Source: Pseudogymnoascus verrucosus (taxonomy: Eukaryota). Taken from it: a DNA stretch of 64,000 nt. Every line of letters begins with the position of its first letter. The stretch's first letter is position 1. The position numbers were made by a program, and so were the translations under genes. The stretch is taken from NCBI GenBank assembly GCA_001662655.1, contig KV460221.1; one strand, written 5' to 3'. Of this stretch, positions 12,204-26,134 are shown piece by piece. The notes under the pieces were generated by a model. It did no database searches and was not told where the DNA came from. It saw only the letters and a list, made by a program, of their open reading frames with translations.

Positions 12204-15200
12204 CTACTCTCCTAAATCTCCCCATTATACTATTACGCAGCTCTTCATCTGATCTGCCTTTTTCTAGTTCTGACTCACTCTTAATCATTGCATTTTGGTT
12301 TCTGACGGGTGGTTCTGTATCTACTGTTAGAAGAGGCACACAACATTTAGAGCACGGGTCGTCGCAGTTTTAGTTGAAGATACGAAACCCGAGCCAGTTT
12401 AATTTAAATACGTACCATCATCAGACTTCTTCTTTGGCTTGTGCTCAGTCTTTAGCCAGAAGATTCGTGGCGCCTCTTTCAATTTACCCCAAATATATAG
12501 GGCAGTGTCCACGTGAAAAGCAAAATAGATTGCTGGGATAGACATTGCGGCGGAGGGCCCGACTTAAAATGTTTATTAGTGAGGTGCAAACAAAACACCG
12601 GCCAGTGTGTGATTAGAGTATACATACAAATCATTGGAAAGATCCATCCAGGTTTGTATGATAATTTATCAGATGCATGGGGAAATACTGTGATATCTAG
12701 AGCAAACAGTGCTGCTAAGAATGACATGGGAAGCTGATTTCGGATTTTTCCTGTCAGAAAGATTCACCGTAGGTTGATCAGTTTGTGTTGAGATAACTCA
12801 CGAAGACAATGGTAACAATCGTAAACACCATAAGTGTAGTGCCTTGCATTGCCGTTTCTTCGGCTTGTTTACGTGATGATTGCGCTTCGGATAGGTTGGC
12901 TTGCTTTTGCTTTAAATCCAGAAGATCGTTTATCTGCATCGGTTAGCGGTGAAATCGCCATCGAGCAGGAAGCGTTAGGACGCACCGATCTCTCTACACG
13001 TGTGGCATCTGTGATCATCTCCTCCAACATTTCGAGAATCTCGCCTGGCTCTCTTGAATTTAGGTAGTCCTTCTCCATCGTATACTCCGAGAACGCATCA
13101 TGCCACCCCTTTTTTGGATCCTTTGTCAAAGATTTAATCTCCGTCGTGTATTCAGAGAAAGCATCGTGCCACACTTTTTTCTGGTCCTTTATTAGGGATT
13201 TGAGGATGTTGAGTTCGTCCAATATATCCTTGATTAAGACCAAATAGCCTATCTCTTCATCAATTGAATACCCTTCATCAGTTGAATTATTTTTATTAAG
13301 GGTCTCCTTGAACTTCGAAAAAAGTTTTAACTCGCCGTCTTCCTATAAAAGTATTAGCAATAGTACTTATATCCACAGAACAAGACCATAAGAACGATGA
13401 AAGTTAACTTACGACATCACCGATAGCATTCTCAAAAATCTCCAAGATGGACAATGACAGTTTTTTCTCTGGAAGTATTACTTTCCGTTGCTCAATGACC
13501 CCAGTAGCGCTGCTAACGATTAGTTGCATCAATTGCTCTGGTGATGAAGGGGGGTGCCTATCATGATCACGTCCATCGATCAAGTGCTTGAAGACTCTCT
13601 TTAGTATGATATCAGGCTCCCCGTCTGTTTGGTAGCTTGAGCTAGTGATTATTTTATCTTTGTGACGTTGTTAGCACCTCTAATACGCCACCAATTCAAG
13701 GGAATTTAGCTTTACCGCCATCAATCACCCATAACCACAGTTGGTCCACCTGCAAGATTAGGCCTGTCTCATCTCTCCTGGGTGAATTGTGTTGGTCCTC
13801 CTCTGATTTTTTGTGTTGATTTTCCTTGGGGTTTTTATGTTGTCGGTTCCTCGGCTTTTTTTTCACGTGTTGCTGATCCACTGGGGGTGCATCGCGCGGC
13901 CTGCCAATACTATTCTCCTCCTTTTTCAGTGTAATGTATTTTGTGAGCACCTGATCCCCATTTCTCTTCTGGACGTCTTCTTCTGGTAAAGACGAGTAGT
14001 AGTACCGATCTAAGGTTCGCAATTCATGGATTGTTTCTCTCCCATACGCATCGACCAATGAATTAGGTAATTGAACGGATGCTCCATTCCCCAGATTAGC
14101 TTTGGAAAAGGTGAGATATGGCATCTGACGCTGATGTTAGACTTCCGGCGGTGAATAGTGTCTGTGACATACGTAAAGTGCAATATGGCTAACACCGCTT
14201 GATGTCCTACGCATCTCTGCTCCCAATTCCCTTCCTTGGAGAGATTTGACCTGTTCAGTGTTGGGGACGGTGTTGGTTCCTAGTTTTGTTGCAACCTCGC
14301 CCCTACTAGTTGGATCTATATTGCCCTGCATGTTTCGCTCTGGATCGGTTTTCAATGGCTGTCTCTGTACACATTTTAGCCGTCACTACTAGGCGTTAAA
14401 TTCCGAAAGGGTAACTAACTGTACACAGAGGTTTCATACTCCGCGAGAATTGATATACGCCGGATTTATCCGCATACGCACTTTGGAGCTCATGTCTATT
14501 TCCACGGACAAAGTTGCTCACTGGACGGTGTTCTTTATTTGTCGAAAATGACCGACTTAGTAAATCCTAATGAATGAGTTGTAAGTATAATGTGTCATAC
14601 TTTGGCTTGTGAATATTCTACCTCAATCCACTCCATCTATCCAGGTTTTGCATGATTAGTTTGCAGCTCACCGCTTGAGGATTGGAGTTTTGCTCACATT
14701 GTTGGCCGGAACATGTATCCATCTAAATCTGTATCCATCTTCGTGCACATCTTTCTTCTTGGAGTTTTGTTCTTGCCTTGTAGCGGCTGCGTGCTTTTGT
14801 GTTCCGGCAGCGGGTGTTTCGGGAGCGGGCTGCCTAGTAGCGGGTGGTACGGCAGGTGCTTCGGCATCAGCGGCTCCAGCAGCGGGTGCTTCAGTAGCTA
14901 TCGGGTTACCCACGGCATTCTGAATAGGTTGATCTACCCCGGAAGCTTTATTCAATGATTTCGGCTCTTTGCGATCCATTCCGGCACCGGTCATGATCTC
15001 ATCTAACGTTAGGCTTTTATCGTAGATAGTTTCAAGCATCGTCCGGCTTAGAGCTGCAAAGCTGACATGGCCAGCCTTGTTGTAAAAATCTACGATAGTG
15101 GCCCTATATTTTTTGCACACCATTTCCTTTTTCCCTGACGGCTGCGGCACACTGGGAAATCCATCTGGATCGTACTGGTCATACACATTTTCCACTCGGG

Positions 15201-18021
15201 GAGGACTGTAAAGGCAATCCTTTATTTCCCTGTATTGCCGTTCCTTTTCGCTCTTTACTTCCAGGGTGAGACTCGCAGTATTGTTCAACTTGGTTAACAA
15301 TGTATCAACCATATCCGTTGCGTCTTCAAAAATTGGAGATGTTAAGATTGTCGGGCCATTCCTCCGCAATAGCCACCAGACAACCTTGTAGTGACCGTAA
15401 TACACAGCCCAAAGCAGACCAGTCCATTTCTGATCTGGAAACAAACCCTGGGGGCCGTTATCCAGAATATTAGGCGCCAGTATTTTTTTATCAACAATCA
15501 ATTCCACGTACTCTTCAAGCCCAGTTCGTGCAACCTCAGTCAATTCATCCCAAGCGACCTTGGAATCCCTACCAAAATCATGCTCCGTAAGAACTTCCAA
15601 AAGGGTTTTAGCTACACCTTGGTGGCCATTGTCGGCTGCCTGAGACAAGGGGGTTTTGCCGTCTTTGGTTTTTTTTCTGATGATTTTCTGTAGCTCCGAA
15701 TGCTTCTCCAACCACCGCAATAAGAAGGAGACAGCGTTTTGGTGACCATTCCTTGCAGCAAAATAGAGAGCTGTTTCCCCATTCCGTGATTCCACAAGAA
15801 TCTGAGCCCATGATTCCTTATAGAGCAACGCTTTATCATTTTTTGATTTAGCAGCAACTTCGTCGCTGACAGAACCTTCCAGCAAAGATGTCATTGTGTC
15901 CACGTAGCCATTACCTGCTGCGAAATGAAGCGGAATTATTTCGTCGTTCGTCTTGTCGGATATCTTCGCCATAACATTTGTTTCCATCGAACCACGTTTC
16001 TTAAAACAGTCCATGAGCTGCTCAAGAACACCGGGGTATCCATTACACGCAGCCACATGAAGCAGCGTTTCTCCCGATTTAGTTTTCAAGTCACACAGGT
16101 TCCCCTGCCGATTAAAACAAGTCCTGGCTACCGATTGCCATCCATAATATACCGCCCAATGCACTACCAGATGCCAATGCATCAGAGAATCCAGCTCACT
16201 TTCCGATTTGTCCTCAAAATAATCGATAAAAAACCTTCTGACTTCCTGTACGTCACGCTGATTCATCTTCGCAGAAGAACCAAGCTTAAGCCTAGGCAGC
16301 GCAAACGCCTCAAGGCCCATGAGGAAGCAAACTGCATCGTATTCTTGCTCAGTGGCAGCTACACTCAATGCCGTACCTCCCTTGTCGTCTTTCCAAAGTA
16401 TTGTGTCTCGATCGAGTTTCCCAACTAATTCTTCCAGGGTTTCAACGCTGCCAGATTCAGCGGCCATGTGCAACACTGTTCGCCCATCGTTCGTTTTTGC
16501 CAATAAATCGGAACCTGCCTTTAGGAGTGAGATTAATATATCCTTCTTGCCATTAAGAGCGGCAATGAGTAGCGGTGTCGATTGTGTTCTTTTTGTCACG
16601 ACCTTCAGTATTGATTCGTCACCAAGGAGAGAATCAACTTCAACGCCTCCTCGAGCGGCACTATGTAGAACTGTCCATCCATCATTATCTTGCTTGCCTA
16701 TCAAGTTTTTCGCACCATCTATAGCCAAGAGACGGCCAAAAGTCTTCTTGGAGCCATGGTAGGCAGCTGAATGTAGAGGAGTCCCTTCGTTGGTTGATTC
16801 AATCTTCCAATCTGCGTCATTATCCAAAAGCATATTGACGATATCCAGACAGTCTTCGCGAGCTGCAAGAAGTAAGGGGGTCTCCTTGTCTCGGTTCTCA
16901 AAATTAACAATAGTATGCTTTATCCCAATTCTATCTCCAGCCTCTAGAATCTGGCGTAGTACATCAATATTGTTGTTCTGGGCAGCAATATGAGCAGCCG
17001 TCCATCCGTTCGTCTCATCGTCTAAAAGGAAATCCTTGTCGTACTTCAGTTCTAAAATCTTCGCTGCGATCTCTGGCCAATCGTGTCGAGCAGCTAAAAA
17101 GAGGGTCGTCTGGTTTGGATCTCCATCCTCTTCATCATCATCAAATCTACTGTCGATTTTTGCACCTTCTCCTAGCAGGCGAATGAATTTCTCGAGATTT
17201 CCGTCTACAATTGCTTGACCAAAAGCTTGATTTAACTCAACCTCGCGAGACGTCAGATCCTCGGATGATATTTGGGCCAAGCGGACTTTGTAGGTATCCC
17301 TCGTTTCATCTTCGTCGTCGTCATCTTCTTCTTCCTGTTCCTCCTCCGGACTCGGTGCTGGACCTGATTCTGGGTCTGGCACCAGGTCCGCTGCTGGGTC
17401 TAATTCTTGGGCTGGTTGAGCGTCAGGTTCGGCGCCTAGCGCAGAGCCTGGTTCTAGATTCCGTTCCGTATCAAGTTCTGCATCCGATTGTAAGGGTAAC
17501 CTCCCATCTGACTGTGACGGAGGCCCATTATTAATCGGTATTTTTTCAACCCGCACCCCATTATCAACTAGACCCAAATCCACATTAGGGACAGTAGTGG
17601 CCGATTCAGTTTCGGTCACGTTCTGACTTCTGGTTAGGGAATCAGATTGAATGATAATTTCCCTAGTTCCGCCATCATTACTACTAGTCGCTGTGGCTGC
17701 ATCGGCAGTGTCAGACTGATGGATACGCGTATCCGGTTCTTGCTGGCCGCCATCAACGGCTGTATTATTGCCGCTATTGGAATCACGACTTGGCGTTGCC
17801 TCCTCGGTCACTGTCAAATTTTCGCCTGCGCTCACAGCATCAGAATGACTGATGCTTTGCTCATTATTGCCGGTCACCGCTGCTGGGTCGGCAGCGTCAG
17901 ACTGGTGGGTAGGCGTAGCGATTTCTTGTAGGACCTCGTCGGTTGATGGAGCCTCGCCGCCGTCGGAATTAAGATTCGGCCTTGCATCCTCCGCCGGTGT
18001 CGCGACACTGCTGCTATCCAT
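12204..18021 (-). CDS. Large ankyrin-repeat protein with C-terminal CorA-like two-TM domain, about 10 exons
   Basis: Acidic disordered N-terminus; many ANK repeats (GWTAAHIAA, ETPLLLAA, GTPLHSAA, GRTVLHMAA, GETALYFAA); FRWIHVPANN, VDQLWLWVIDG, IKDILDELNIL, LLDLKQKQANL, VFTIVTIVFLPMSFLAALFAL. The 3' end is uncertain. Confidence 0.8.
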
Positions 18022-18993
18022 TGGATATGGCCGAAATGATTGGCTCCCACGGGAGCAGAACGGACGCCAAGTGTGTCGTTTGAAATATAATGGAATTGAA
18101 GACCACGTTGGTTATCTATACCCACCACGTCGTCCGTCTGACGCGATCTGCGAACGCATAAATTATGCATGTAACCCACCCCCCACGAGGACGCGTCGGT
18201 CGGGTAATGATGCAGCCACAGTCACAATCACACAAAATCAAGCGGAGGAGGAATGTGAGGCTGATCGGCCTAGCCATTTATGAAAGCTAAGCACCTACTA
18301 TTAGCTAGCTGCATGTCATCAATTCACTGAAAATAGCCTACTGACGAAGGAAGCGATCCATCTCGAGGCTGGGGAGGATTGTAACCTTGCTGACAGGGGC
18401 CGAACAAGCGGCGGCGGGTACATTGCCTGTCAGCGAACATGGAGTTAATTTAACTGTTGCAAAGCTTCTTGGATCGATGATTTCCTCACCAAAACCGCCA
18501 TCGGCATAAGTGTCTTCTTCTCGCCTTCGATTGTTAGAAAAACAAATAAACGGACCCAAGGTGTGTATAAGAGCCCAAATTCTTCCTTCAGATGGCGTAA
18601 AGGGAGCTCGTTCGTCGTCGTGTCGTTGGTCAGCCTCGGCGATCAGGGTAGTGGTTGCGATGGACCGACACATCTCCCACCCCAAGACTTAGAGTCGCCA
18701 ATGGGTTGGAGCCCAATAAATGTCAATGCTGTACAGTTAAACCAACAATATACTTTTTCCTACGATCAAATGTGCTTTCTCCACGCGACGTTTAGCACCA
18801 ATCCCTTGTAATGGGTGAGTTGCAGCTTGTCCCATGGTGCCACCTGCTATTGAGCATGGAAGGGTAGCCGTGAGCCTATGAACTATGCGTTTGATGAAAA
18901 AAAGTCCCTCACGACTAGCGATCGAATCATCATAAATGGCTGGATTGCAGCCATCCCACGTCGTCAAGGGGACAACAGTATGACAGCTCCAAT

Positions 18994-20493
18994 CTACCAC
19001 TTAACAAATAGCTGATACTCCTCATAATGCTCCTCCGTATCCGCCTCCTTGAACTTCTCGATCCCGCCCAAGACGCCTTCCTCGCCGACTTCCCACTCCC
19101 CCGCTCCCACGAGATTCTGCCATAAATCCAGTATATCCCCAAGCTGTGGCCCATGCGCAGGGCCATAATGGTTGTATCCCAGCTGGTACAGGTCATTCCT
19201 CCGGCCGTTTGGCCTCGCCACTCTGCCTTCCTGGTTGTCGCCGATGAGGGAATCGTCGGCGTGGCGCGCAAACCCGTTTACGCCGACCTCAAATGGTAGG
19301 CAGAGACTGCAGGAGTCTTCAAATACGTGGTCGCTCTCTTTGTCCACGTAGCCGGTCCAAAGTCCGTGGGGCAGATTAGGGATGTCTTCAAACGGGTAGT
19401 GTTCAAAAACCGGCGTTGTGGAGTTGATGTCTGTGATGAAGAGAGGCACTGGGAGAACAGGATTGTGGTACTGAAAGCACCCAGGCATATCAAAGTCTTG
19501 GAGTGGGCGTGGCGAGAAGTCGTCTGCAGTAGGAAGACGGAGTCCTGGGGCTACGTATTTGATATTCTTCTTTGGCCGACGAACCATTGTGAGAAAATCC
19601 CGGACAAAGCCTTCTCCCAAGCCAGCGGCATCCAGGACTTCGTTGGAAATAAGGCCAAACTGATCTCGAGAGCGAGAGGCCTCAAATTTGGCTTTTACAA
19701 GAGCGAGCAGCTTCTCTTGGTCCTCTGGGTTATCTTTTGTTTGCAGCGAGGGATTTTCAATCAGACACTCCATCCTAAAAACTAGATTATCAAAACCATT
19801 AAGTGCCCTTTGGAGGTCATGTTGGCTGAATGGAAGCATCTCCCACGGCTCGGCTTCACACGGCCCATTGCCAGGCTGGGGTCTCGCGACCACCTTTCCG
19901 GTGTCTATCATGTCAAGCCATGCGCTCAAGACGACCTCAAGAGGATCCCATTCTGTTCGGCCATTCATTGTGATATGCGAGTCAAGGATATCACAATGAA
20001 AGATCGCCCGCGATATTTCTTGGTCAAAGCTAAACGCATATGAGAGTCAGTTCCGGATTATACGGAGCCAGGGGTTATTTTACTTCAGACCATCTCGGTG
20101 ACTACCAAGACTCAGATTGGTCATCTGGTATAAGCACATGATTTCTTCTTCATCGTGTCCTTGAATGAACAAGCGATCCGGCCAAGCCAGACCAGTAGAG
20201 TAGTAGAAGAAGTTCTGGCCAGGGGGCGTTTCGAATGCAGCCTGAAGGAACAGTTTCAGGGACGGCGATAACCTTGTCGACCATTTGTCCTCTAGAGCTT
20301 GATCCGTGATATGTCTCTGCCACCACGTCACCCTTGGCATTTCCGTCTCTGGTTTGCCGGTGACGGCCCAGCCCAGCCCCACAATTAGATTATGGAGAGC
20401 TGCGCAACGTTCCCAATCCATACCATCCACCTCACGGCATGGTACTTCGGCAGTAGCTCGCCATGTGAGCTCGTTGTCGATAGAGAAACTCAT
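18994..20493 (-). CDS. Hypothetical protein, 2 exons
   Basis: ORFs 20080-20550 and 18994-19968 join across an intron (~20031-20083) into a continuous protein (MSFSIDNELTW...DWERCAALHN...WDPLEVVLSAWLDMI...GEWEVGEEGVLGGIEKFKEAD). Confidence 0.7.
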
Positions 20494-20910
20494 GATGCAA
20501 AGGCTTTGAAGCTGGAATGGTGGGGTGGGAAGGAAAGAAGAAGAGAGCACTTGTCTGTCGTAAGGCTGCGAAGCTACTTGGCTTCAAAATATTGCGATTG
20601 GAAAAGTAGGACGCGAAAATCAACGAATTTGTCGTCACTATTAATGTTTTCTACAAATTGCCACCTATTTAATCGGAGCAGCCGCCCCAGGGACAGGACA
20701 GCCACGTTTTTCAAAAGAAGCTCAAAGTTAGCGTTTTGCCGCCGCTTGGCGTAGTCAATAGTTTACAAACTATTGCCTACGCAGCCAACAAGGTTCCAAT
20801 GCGGATATTACATATACCCGGCTAAAACGGCATGCATAACTTATACAGGTATAAACACACTAAGCAGGAAAATAATCATATATGCAGGACAAGTTTTAAG
20901 CACCATACAC

Positions 20911-22293
20911 CTATACTCTTTCGCCCTCGAATGGCTTCCTGCCATATACGAAGTGAAACTTGATGTATAGATGGTAATCAGGGTTACGCATACCCTGACG
21001 AGGGCCAACCATCATAAGCTGAGCCTGTTCGGGACTCATATTTAGCGCGCGGGTGAAGAGTGCCATGCTAACGGGCTCGACAGCATCGACGCTCTGGGTT
21101 TGGAAATAGAGACCCATCTCCTTCAACCTTGGGTCTCGCGGCCAGCGTCCGAGTGGAACCTGCGATACGGACAACTAGTTAGCTACGACTCCAAATGCCA
21201 CTGGGGCAGGGAATGGGGAGACTGGACGTACTTTGTAGATATCATCGCGAACGTCGACGAATCCGGCATCAATCATCCATTGTTTCTGCTTGTCTGCCAC
21301 ATCCATTTTCTTACCAAATACCTCGGCCGCTTTATCGACCGTTGAAAACCAATCCACGACTTCAGTAGCCCGATCAACGGAGTCATCGTCGGATGAAACT
21401 CGGACATCGTGTTCTTGCGCCTCAAGCCACGCTCCTGGCTTGAGATGCTTAAACGCCTGCGAGTACAGGCGTGGCCAGTCCTTGATTGACCCCGACAAGA
21501 CACGCCAATGAATTAAGTCAAACGCTTTGCTCGGTGCATACGGCCATTCCTCCTCTGCATTGTCAACGACGAACTCACAATTCGGCGGTACCCATGAGGG
21601 TTGAATCGGACTCAAGTCAATACCGACGACCTGCGCGCTTGGATATTCATCTGCCACGTCGATGGCCCAAATACCCGTACCCGTTCCCACGTCCAAAATC
21701 CGCTGTGGATTCGGTCCAATTGGAGCACGGAACATCTTTCCCCTCAGAACGAGTTTAAAGACGTGATGCTTGAGATCAAGTCTATCTTGTTCCTTAGCAT
21801 CGTTTGGCAGTGGGTACTCTCCATTGTGATACGCGTGATACCGGCGGCCATTCTCGTACGTATAATTAAAGATAGATGACGCGAGCGAAGTGGTAGAGCT
21901 CTCGTTGTCTCCAAAGGTCGAGTCAACCTCGCCGAAATCCTGACAAATGTCAATAGCGCTTCATGGTCAAGTGGGTGAGGCACGAACAATCTCAACATGG
22001 TCATGTTCGTTTGGTCCCTGCTCAGTTCCAGGAGTTTCTGCCCTAGGGACATCCGGCTCTTCATCATGGGGGGCAGGCACTACAGGCGCAGGCATATCTT
22101 CTTCCGGAGCCTTTGACTCTTCTTCGTGAGAAGTTGCTGTAACAGGGGCAGGCACATCTGTCTCCGGCACCTTTGACTCTTGGTGAGAGGTCGCTACAAT
22201 AGGAGCAGGTGTATCTACCACAGGGGTCTTCAGCTCTTCATCGGGGAGGCTTGACGCCTGGACAGGCGGAGCAGAGCTTTGCGCTTGCTCCAT
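20911..22293 (-). CDS. Class I SAM-dependent methyltransferase (LaeA/TAM-like family)
   Basis: YENGRRYHAY, RILDVGTGTGIWAIDVADEYP, GIDLSPIQP, FKHLKPGAWLE, FHFVYGRKP; two introns. Confidence 0.9.
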
Positions 22294-22962
22294 AGTGTCG
22301 GGAAATATGAGCAGTCAGTCGTTTAACAAAATTGCCCCAGGAAGCCGTACGCCGAGCTCTTACTGAACTCTTACTGTTAGATAGTCAGATTGGACTCGTC
22401 AAAGTACGGCAATGGTGCACGGTTTTTCTGCCAGAGAGACTCCTCGGTAGTAATATAAACAAGGGCGGGTGACAGCGACGAGGGCGGATGTGCATACGAG
22501 CACACAGTAACCTACAAGTTGCATGAATTCTTCGGGCAACGTTGAGAATCTCCAGCAGTAGCTCCTTCCGCAAACCACGTTGTGGCTTCTTTGGTTGGGT
22601 GTCAGGGTCGTAACGCTAGGGAACTTTGGCCGGGCCGTAGCGGAAATCAAAGCCGGCGTCCCCGCTCTCATCCTCGCCCTCACAATGGGTAGAAAGTGAA
22701 GAAAGTGGGGTTCTCGGTCCATGGCAGGTCATGATAACTGGTGAGTTATGAGTGTCACGAGTGATAAGAAAGTAGGCCCAATGGGACTCTGGATGCACGA
22801 TTACGTATACTGCACATACCCCGCTATACTGGCCCCCAAAGTGGTCGCTGAAGAACTTGGGGGTGAGTTGTCCATACGGAGCAGATCGGAGATATAAACT
22901 GCATAACCTCATTTTACCACCCTGCAGAATCGCACGCATTAGACCCAACAAAAGTCCCAGCT

Positions 22963-24500
22963 ATGGAGAAAACTCCCGAATCCGTCGCGCAAGAAATTGC
23001 CGCCATCCGACAGTCTTTAAAGGAAGTGAGCGCGGCTGTGGATCGCTATGCCGAGATTGCCACGAAGAATGTATCCCAGGCGGGTACCACTGCGGCGGGA
23101 GAGGTCAGCGAGTCCCATACGGCGCTCTTCATGGAGAGCCATAAGTTCATGAGGACCGCGCGAGGGCCTTTGGACATGGTGTTTTCCCATTCCGAAAATG
23201 TGAGCAATCTCAATATTTGTTGTGCCGTCAAATAGTCTGGAGGCGGAGATAATTGAGCTCATGTTCCATCGTACAGTCGTCGCATTCTGGTGCTTTGCGG
23301 GCGGTGATGGAGATGGGCGTCTTCGATGCAATTCCCCTCGACGGGTCTACGACTGCGACGGAATTGGCAGAGAAACTTAATGCGGACAAAAATTTACTTG
23401 GTAAGTTATCGCAAATTGCGCTTGCCGTTGAAAACATTGCGACCTGGGTTTCTAATTGCCATCCGTGGCGTAGTTCGTCTTATGAGATGTGTTACCATCG
23501 TCGGCCCATTCGCAGAACTTGGTCCAGAAGAATATGCCCATACTGCGTATTCGAAGATGTATCTGGTCCCGGAGATCAAGGGTCTTTTCAAACTAATGTC
23601 TGTACCAACCAAATAATCTTATACTTTTGGCTTCAACGATACCGGGTTAACCGTTATGTAGGTACGACGAGTTTGCCCCCCCAAATACCAAAATGTATGA
23701 ATTCTTCCGCGAACAGGGCTTCCAGACGCCTAATTCAGAGGTAATTAATCCCTACTGTTTCGCCCACAAAACCGGCGACCAGTCCATTTGGGAATATCTC
23801 GGGCAACGTCCCGACCGCCTTAGCGCCCTCAACTTTGGCATGGCCGCGCAGAGCGAAGCAGCCTCATGGACGGTCGGGATATTCCCCTTTGGGTCCGAGC
23901 TTCGCAAAGTCGAGACCACCGACGAAACCGTCCTGCTGATCGATATCGGCGGCGGCAAGGGACATGTCACGAAGCAGATCAGAGCGCTCACCGAGGGCGT
24001 AAAGGGGAAGATCATCCTCCAAGAACGGCCGGAAGTCCTTGCTGAGATCACCGATCCATTGCCCGGGATTGAGAAGATGGAATACGATTTCTTCAAGCCA
24101 CAGACAGTGAAAGGTTCGTTCTCGCCCCAGTGGCAATGGTTTCCTCCGAGTATGTAGGTGCTGGCCCTTTAGCATACTGACAAACACAGGTGCTCAAATA
24201 TACTACATCCGCCGTTGTCTCCATGACTGGTCTGACACGGACTGTGTGCGCATCCTCAAGAACACCGCCAGCGCCATGACGCCCGGTGTCTCTCGCCTGC
24301 TCATCTCCGAGATCGTGCTCCCAGCCACCGGCGCGGACGTCGAGGCTGGGTGGATGGACATGACGATGTTGTCCGTCAGCGGTTCAGAGAGGGACGAGGG
24401 ACACTGGTCGAGGCTGCTGGCTGAGGCGGGATTGAAAATGGAGCGAACTTACCATGCGCCAGGCACGAATTATGGCGCCGTTGAGGCATACTTGGCATAG
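22963..24500 (+). CDS. O-methyltransferase (Methyltransf_2 type, secondary-metabolism family), 5 exons
   Basis: N-terminal dimerisation region (GVFDAIP...TATELA), LLIDIGGGKGH, YDFFKPQ, YYIRRCLHDWSD, ERDEGHW. Confidence 0.9.
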
Positions 24501-24882
24501 AAGATGATTCATGCATTGGACGTCGAAGAGATGAGGATTTGCATACCGCATAGAGAGTTCAATGATTGGGTAACAAACAAGGCTATCTCTATTAATTTTG
24601 CTTCAAATGCGAATATATGGGTATTATCTTCGTGACTCTTATCACCATGCCTTCTTGAAAGAATGCCATAGCCAAACACTGCGGCCAGCCACAGTTGCCT
24701 GACCTATCGTCTATATGGCGTTACATATCATACAAACTATCGCCATATCCGGCGATTCTTCCCCGGATGCCCGCCCTGCGCATACATCCATATCCATCAA
24801 TCCCGTGCGCTTGTCATGCCACTTACATCTCGCTATCCGAACATAAAGTAAAAATATCAGTCAGAATAGGAACAACTCATCC

Positions 24883-26134
24883 CTATTTCCACCCAACCAC
24901 CTGCGTCCTGTCCCATTTCCCCTTTCCTGGCCCCTTCTCTGTCCCTTCGCTCCTTGTCATCGACACCTCCGTCTCCTTCAGGATATGCCTCGAGCTATCA
25001 GCATCTGTGTCGCCGAGCTGTTGGAACGTATCGAGATTGATCTCGTTGCGTTGGGCCTGGTGCCCGTTCGATTGCTTGAACTTGTTGCTTGCTGATGCGG
25101 AGGCACCGGTGTTGTCGACTGAGCTTCCACCGCCGAAGATGCGGAGAGATAGAAGCGGGCGCAGGGCGTGAAGGGAGCCGGCGGTAATTCCGATACCCTC
25201 CTCGATGATGGACCAGAGGCCGATTTTGCCGGTGCCGAACATGAATTCAGCGGGGTTGTCGTAGAGGGTTAGGTATCTGAGGCGGACGATGGTGGCACAG
25301 CTTGCACTGAAGGGGGTTAGTCTCCTATGTCTATGGATTTGTAGTGGTGGTGGGACGAAGCAAGAGGAATTAGGGGGTACGTACAAAGCACCCAAACCGA
25401 GAATAATACCCACGGAAAACTTGACCCTAGCCTTCATCTGGATGTTCCATAGCAAGATCGCGGGCAAAATTGCCAAACTAAAGTCCGTCACAATCTCTAT
25501 AGCAGAGAAGAAGAAGCTGACGTCGCTGTTTAGCTTCAGGTTACAGGAACCTGTTGTAGTTTCACCCCATAGCGTGGTGATCGGGTGGCAGATATTAGCG
25601 ATACCGGCAATGAAGACAATAGCAGAGATGGCAGTAGCGGCCATGATAGCCCAGATCGTCCACACGAAGCTCCGGCGAGTGTCGGCAATTCTGAGTAGTG
25701 TAATGGCGATGCTGCACTTGATGATGGCGGCGCCGGAAGCGTAGAAGAACTCGGCGATGAAGAAGAGCTTGGCGGCGGTCAGTTCTACTTTGTTCTATTT
25801 CCAACTGTAGAAAGCAAGAGTACAAACCTTAATTCCCTTCATGGTTTCATTGGGAGGGACACCAGCAGCGAGCTGGCCGGACCCGAGGAAGGAACAGACA
25901 ATACATAGGCAGGCTGTTACTGTGAAGAGAAGCTGGGGCTCATTAGTACTGTCTTTGGTCTGGGAAGGGATGCGGTGGACGTACGAGGCCTATGAACATC
26001 AACAAGTCATCCCAGCCAGAGTTTTTCCTCCATATTCGCACTGATATCCGTGTGGTGAATGTGAGCCAAGTCACAGCTAGCAGGACTATCGAAGTATACA
26101 GAAGAGGGACGCCGTCCCCTGCCGGCTGAACCAT
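24883..26134 (-). CDS. PTH11-like (rhodopsin-domain) integral membrane protein without CFEM
   Basis: RISVRIWRKNSGWDD, IKCSIAITLLRI, EIVTDFSLAILP, CATIVRLRY, WSIIEEGIGITAGSLHALRPL; three introns. Confidence 0.85.
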
